Source of the DNA: Pseudomonadota bacterium
Lineage (GTDB): Bacteria; Pseudomonadota; Gammaproteobacteria; UBA9214
Length of the DNA: 64,000 nucleotides
NCBI GenBank assembly: GCA_039714975.1
Contig: JBDLIH010000001.1
Coordinates: 34,756-98,755 of the forward strand
Direction of reading: 5' to 3'
This document shows, piece after piece, positions 60,813-64,000 of this stretch. Position 1 is the first letter of the stretch. Each line of letters starts with the position of its first letter. The notes under the pieces were generated by a model. It made no database searches. It was not told the origin of the DNA and worked only from the letters and a program-made list of their open reading frames with translations. A program made the translations under genes and the position numbers.

Positions 60813-61679
60813 GTGAGCACTAAAGCCTATCCTGTTACAGGAACGGGTCTTGGCTTGCGGCGGTCCCTGATGGGGCCGCTGCAGGACAATCCACCCGAAC
60901 CGGTTGATTTTTTCGAGATCGCCCCCGAGAACTGGATCGGTATCGGGGGCAGGATGGGCAAGGACTTCCGCTACTTTACCGAACGTTACCCCTTTATCGC
61001 GCACGGACTGTCGTTGTCAATCGGCAGCCCTGCCCCACTGGACGAAACATTTATCCAGCGCGTCAAGCGCCTGCTCGATGAACATCATATTCGTTTCTAT
61101 TCCGAACACCTGAGTTATTGCAGTGATAACGGACATCTCTATGACCTGATGCCGATCCCCTTTACGGAAGAAGCCGTGCACTATGTTGCCGGACGTATCC
61201 GCCGCGTGCAGAATATACTCGAGCGCCGGATTGCAATGGAGAACGTTTCCTACTACGCCGCACCCGGCAAGGAAATGGAAGAAATCGATTTCATCAATGC
61301 GGTACTTGCAGAGGCCGATTGTGATCTGCTGCTCGACGTGAACAATATCTACGTCAACAGCATCAACCACCGCTATGACGCAGAATCCTTCATGAAGGCA
61401 TTGCCGGCCGAACGCGTGGTCTATTTCCACATGGCCGGACACTATGATGAAGCCGATGACCTCAAGGTAGACACCCATGGCGCGCCGGTTATTGAACCGG
61501 TCTGGTCATTACTGGAAGCGGCCTACCAGCATTTCGGTGTGGTACCCACACTGCTGGAACGTGACTTCAACATCCCGCCACTGCCGGAATTACTCGCTGA
61601 AGTCAGTCACATAAAACGTTTGCAGGACAAGTGGGACGACCACCATGCCAAAGACATCAGTCATGGAATCCACGCCTGA
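60813..61679 (+). CDS. DUF692-family protein (MbnB-like TIM-barrel di-iron enzyme)
   Basis: GTG start. N-terminal [10 protein letters not shown] (GxGLGxR motif of DUF692), HMAGHY..., 288 aa, length and motif pattern of DUF692/MbnB. Confidence 0.75.
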   Translation: MSTKAYPVTGTGLGLRRSLMGPLQDNPPEPVDFFEIAPENWIGIGGRMGKDFRYFTERYPFIAHGLSLSIGSPAPLDETFIQRVKRLLDEHHIRFYSEHLSYCSDNGHLYDLMPIPFTEEAVHYVAGRIRRVQNILERRIAMENVSYYAAPGKEMEEIDFINAVLAEADCDLLLDVNNIYVNSINHRYDAESFMKALPAERVVYFHMAGHYDEADDLKVDTHGAPVIEPVWSLLEAAYQHFGVVPTLLERDFNIPPLPELLAEVSHIKRLQDKWDDHHAKDISHGIHA

Positions 61680-62430
61680 ATTTATTCAGCGGCAATATGA
61701 GTTTGCCGCGCATATCCGCGACCCGGATCATAAACCTGCACCCGGTGACGTTGAAGACCGACGCATGGCAATCTATCGTGAACTCTTTTACAACAATGTA
61801 GAAGGCTTTCTCAGCAACACCTTTCCTGTATTACGCGAACTCCATGACGACGACCGCTGGCATGCCATGGTACGGGACTTCTTCAGCCAGCATCTTTCGC
61901 AGACACCGTTGTTCCTGGAGATCCCGCGTGAATTCCTCGCCTGGCTGGAGAACGAGCGGAATACACAGCAGGCAGATCTGCCGTTCATGCAGGAACTGGC
62001 CCATTATGAATGGGTTGAGCTCGCACTCTCGATCTCCGAAGAAAACATCACAGCGGCAGCCGCAGACCCCGAGGGTGACTTCCTGACGGGCATACCGGTA
62101 CTGTCGCCCCTGGTATGGCACCTGGCCTACCACTACCCGGTACACAGGATTGGCCCGGACTACCAGCCAGACCAGCCGGGTGACAGCATGACCTGCCTTG
62201 TGGTCTACCGTAACCGTGAAGATGAAGTCGGCTTTATGGAGGTCAACCCGGTGACCAAGCGTTTACTGGAACTCGTCGATGCAGACGAAGGCGAGAGCGG
62301 TGAACAGTTGTTGAACCGCATCGCGACCGAGATGTCACATCCACAGCCCGAGGTTGTCATCAACAGTGGCCTTGATATTTTCAAGGGACTTGCACAAAAA
62401 GACATTATTCTCGGTGTTAAAACACCGTAA
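61645..62430 (+). CDS. DUF2063-family protein (MbnC-like partner of DUF692)
   Basis: 261 aa overlapping the DUF692 gene end by 35 nt. N-terminal [15 protein letters not shown]...FYNNVEGFL pattern typical of DUF2063 proteins encoded immediately downstream of DUF692. Confidence 0.65.
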   Translation: MPKTSVMESTPEFIQRQYEFAAHIRDPDHKPAPGDVEDRRMAIYRELFYNNVEGFLSNTFPVLRELHDDDRWHAMVRDFFSQHLSQTPLFLEIPREFLAWLENERNTQQADLPFMQELAHYEWVELALSISEENITAAAADPEGDFLTGIPVLSPLVWHLAYHYPVHRIGPDYQPDQPGDSMTCLVVYRNREDEVGFMEVNPVTKRLLELVDADEGESGEQLLNRIATEMSHPQPEVVINSGLDIFKGLAQKDIILGVKTP

Positions 62431-62478
62431 TCCCGCCACCGGGATTACACGATCATTACAGCACAAAGGGAGAGTCGC

Positions 62479-63123
62479 ATGATCGTAATACTGAATTTTT
62501 TCCAGAACCTGCTGGACAAGTTCCGCGCCCTTGATTTTCTTGCACCACTGGCACTGCGGCTTTACCTGGTACCTATCTTCTGGATGGCAGGCACCATGAA
62601 ACTGAAAAATGCCGGACTCGACTGTCTCTCCGGTGTCAACGGTCCCTGTGATTTCACACCCAAGCAGGACATCATTGACTGGTTCGGCAATGTGGAGTGG
62701 GGCCTCGGGCTGCCCTACCCCGAATTACTGGCCTATCTGGCCTCCTATACCGAATACTTTGGCGCTATCCTGCTGCTGATCGGACTGGCAGTGCGCTGGA
62801 TTTCCATCCCGCTCATGGTCACCATGGTTGTCGCCGCGGTCACGGTTCACCTTCCGAATGGCTGGCTGGCGATTGCGGATGGCAGCGGCATCTTTGCGAC
62901 AGCACGTACCGAGGGTGCCGTCGAGCGACTGAATGTTGCCAAAGACATCCTGCAGGAACATGGCAACTACAGCTGGTTAACCGAAAACGGCAGTTTTGTG
63001 GTACTGAATAACGGCATCGAATTTTCCGTCACCTATTTCATCATGTTACTGACCTTGTTCTTCATTGGTGCCGGCAAGTACTTCAGTGTTGACTACTTTA
63101 TTGCGCGCAAGTGGCGTCGCTGA
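62479..63123 (+). CDS. DoxX-family membrane protein
   Basis: YLASYTEYFGAILLLIGLAVRW (DoxX Y..E..G..LLL.G signature), 4 TM, 214 aa with GGGAGA RBS. Confidence 0.7.
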   Translation: MIVILNFFQNLLDKFRALDFLAPLALRLYLVPIFWMAGTMKLKNAGLDCLSGVNGPCDFTPKQDIIDWFGNVEWGLGLPYPELLAYLASYTEYFGAILLLIGLAVRWISIPLMVTMVVAAVTVHLPNGWLAIADGSGIFATARTEGAVERLNVAKDILQEHGNYSWLTENGSFVVLNNGIEFSVTYFIMLLTLFFIGAGKYFSVDYFIARKWRR

Positions 63124-63153
63124 CCCGGACATTTTTTTAAAGAACACCCAATT

Positions 63154-63233
63154 GGCCACGGAATCCACGAAAACCACGAAAAAATAAAAGCCTTATAAGA
63201 AATCTTTCCGTGTTCTTCAGTGGATTTCGTGGC
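63154..63233. repeat. Palindromic intergenic repeat, copy E (CACGRAA-heptad family, inverted orientation relative to copy D)
   Basis: GGCCACGGAATCCACGAAAACCACGAAAA - loop AATAAAAGCCTTATAAGAAATC - TTTCCGTGTTCTTCAGTGGATTTCGTGGC. The loop and right arm are the reverse complement of copy D's loop and left arm. Confidence 0.7.
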
Positions 63234-63275
63234 TATATTATTTTTTAGTAAGTGATATACGGGGCTTTTCACAAA

Positions 63276-64000
63276 ATGACGAGCGAAATGTTTCCGGTCA
63301 TTGCGACCATTATGCAGGTCATGGCGGCCCTGTTTGTCACCCTGATCGGCTTCGGTGTACTCGCAGTGATTGTGCTGTTTATCATCGACATCACCCAGAC
63401 CAAAAGCGCCATCCGCCGCAACTACCCGGTGGTCGGGCGGTTCCGTTATTTCTTTGAGCAACTCGGCGAATTCTTTCGCCAGTATTTCTTCGCCATGGAC
63501 CGCGAGGAATTACCGTTCAACCGTGCACAGCGCTCCTGGGCCTATCGTGCGGCCAAGGACATCGACAATACCGTCGGGTTCGGCTCCACCCGCGACCTGC
63601 GGCAGACCGGCACGGTGCTGTTTGTGAACTGCCCGTATCCGACGCTGGGGGAGGATGCCGTCCCGACCCGCAATATCACCATTGGACCGTACTGCCAGCA
63701 CCCCTACACGACAAATTCGCTGTTCAATATTTCCGGCATGAGCTATGGCGCTATCTCGAAACCTGCCGTGCTGGCCCTGTCAAAGGGTGCCAGGAAAGCC
63801 GGTTGCTGGATGAATACCGGTGAAGGTGGCCTGTCACCCTATCACCTCGAAGGGGGGGCTGACATCGTCTTCCAGATCGGTACCGCCAAGAACGGGGTTC
63901 GAGACCCGGCAGGCAACCTCAACGATGACAGGATACGAGAGGTCGCCGCACACGAAGCTGTACGCATGTTTGAAATCAAGATGAGTCAGGGCGCAAAACC
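63276..64000 (+). CDS. FMN-dependent glutamate-synthase-family (GltB domain 2-like) membrane-anchored protein, 5' part; continues beyond window
   Basis: ATG 63276. N-terminal TM (VIATIMQVMAALFVTLIGFGVLAVIVLFII), then ...FNISGMSYGAISKPAVLALSKGARKAGCWMNTGEGGLSPYHLEGG..., the conserved FMN-binding region of glutamate synthase-related proteins. Runs off the window edge, hence not in the ORF track. Confidence 0.7.
   Translation, partial: MTSEMFPVIATIMQVMAALFVTLIGFGVLAVIVLFIIDITQTKSAIRRNYPVVGRFRYFFEQLGEFFRQYFFAMDREELPFNRAQRSWAYRAAKDIDNTVGFGSTRDLRQTGTVLFVNCPYPTLGEDAVPTRNITIGPYCQHPYTTNSLFNISGMSYGAISKPAVLALSKGARKAGCWMNTGEGGLSPYHLEGGADIVFQIGTAKNGVRDPAGNLNDDRIREVAAHEAVRMFEIKMSQGAK

Noticed and set aside
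60582-61004. 140 aa minus-strand ORF with PHLPSPHLPS repeats
   Set aside because: Artefact of the 15 bp tandem repeat in the Cys-precursor gene read in antisense; no start or RBS support.
63885-63905. GGGTTCGAGACCC, which resembles a tRNA T-arm
   Set aside because: Lies inside the glutamate-synthase-family CDS with no acceptor or anticodon stems around it. No tRNA genes were found in the window.

Overview
The window is a 64 kb chromosomal segment that appears to come from a Gammaproteobacterium, judging by gene content and synteny; taxon unassigned. It is GC-rich and densely coding. No rRNA, tRNA, CRISPR array, integrase or transposase was found. Most of it is conserved housekeeping synteny: partial ilvI-like acetolactate synthase, proS, rlmD, cysM, the lepA-lepB-rnc-era-recO-pdxJ operon, rpoE-rseABC-mucD with divergent nadB, fumA, wrbA, a TatT-type TRAP transporter, purU, hda, purMN, dcd, apbC/metG and rnfABCDGE-nth. 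Embedded are several accessory or unusual elements. (1) At 60.4-63.1 kb, a bufferin-like RiPP operon: a secreted precursor with seven Cys in E-G-K-C-G repeats, then DUF692 (MbnB-like), DUF2063 (MbnC-like) and DoxX. (2) At 36.2-42.1 kb, a tightly coupled seven-gene minus-strand operon of uncharacterised envelope proteins. It includes an orphan MotA/TolQ/ExbB-family channel with no ExbD/TolR/MotB partner, translationally coupled to a coiled-coil membrane protein, plus lipoproteins, a SPOR protein and an SLT transglycosylase with a possible SPOR-like tail. (3) A family of about 80-120 bp palindromic intergenic repeats whose arms carry CACGRAA heptads at about 10 bp spacing. There are four copies, one inserted inside the rnf operon. 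(4) A visibly AT-richer vapBC toxin-antitoxin islet. (5) Glycine-zipper lipoprotein paralogs flanking a PepSY-PhoPQ-like two-component module. (6) An AT-richer sulfotransferase islet. (7) A ydbH-ydbL pair translationally abutting cysM with no separate ynbE. All calls rest on reading the translated ORFs and DNA by eye. The ORF track reports GTG/TTG starts as M, so several starts were re-picked from RBS spacing, ATGA couplings and homolog N-termini.
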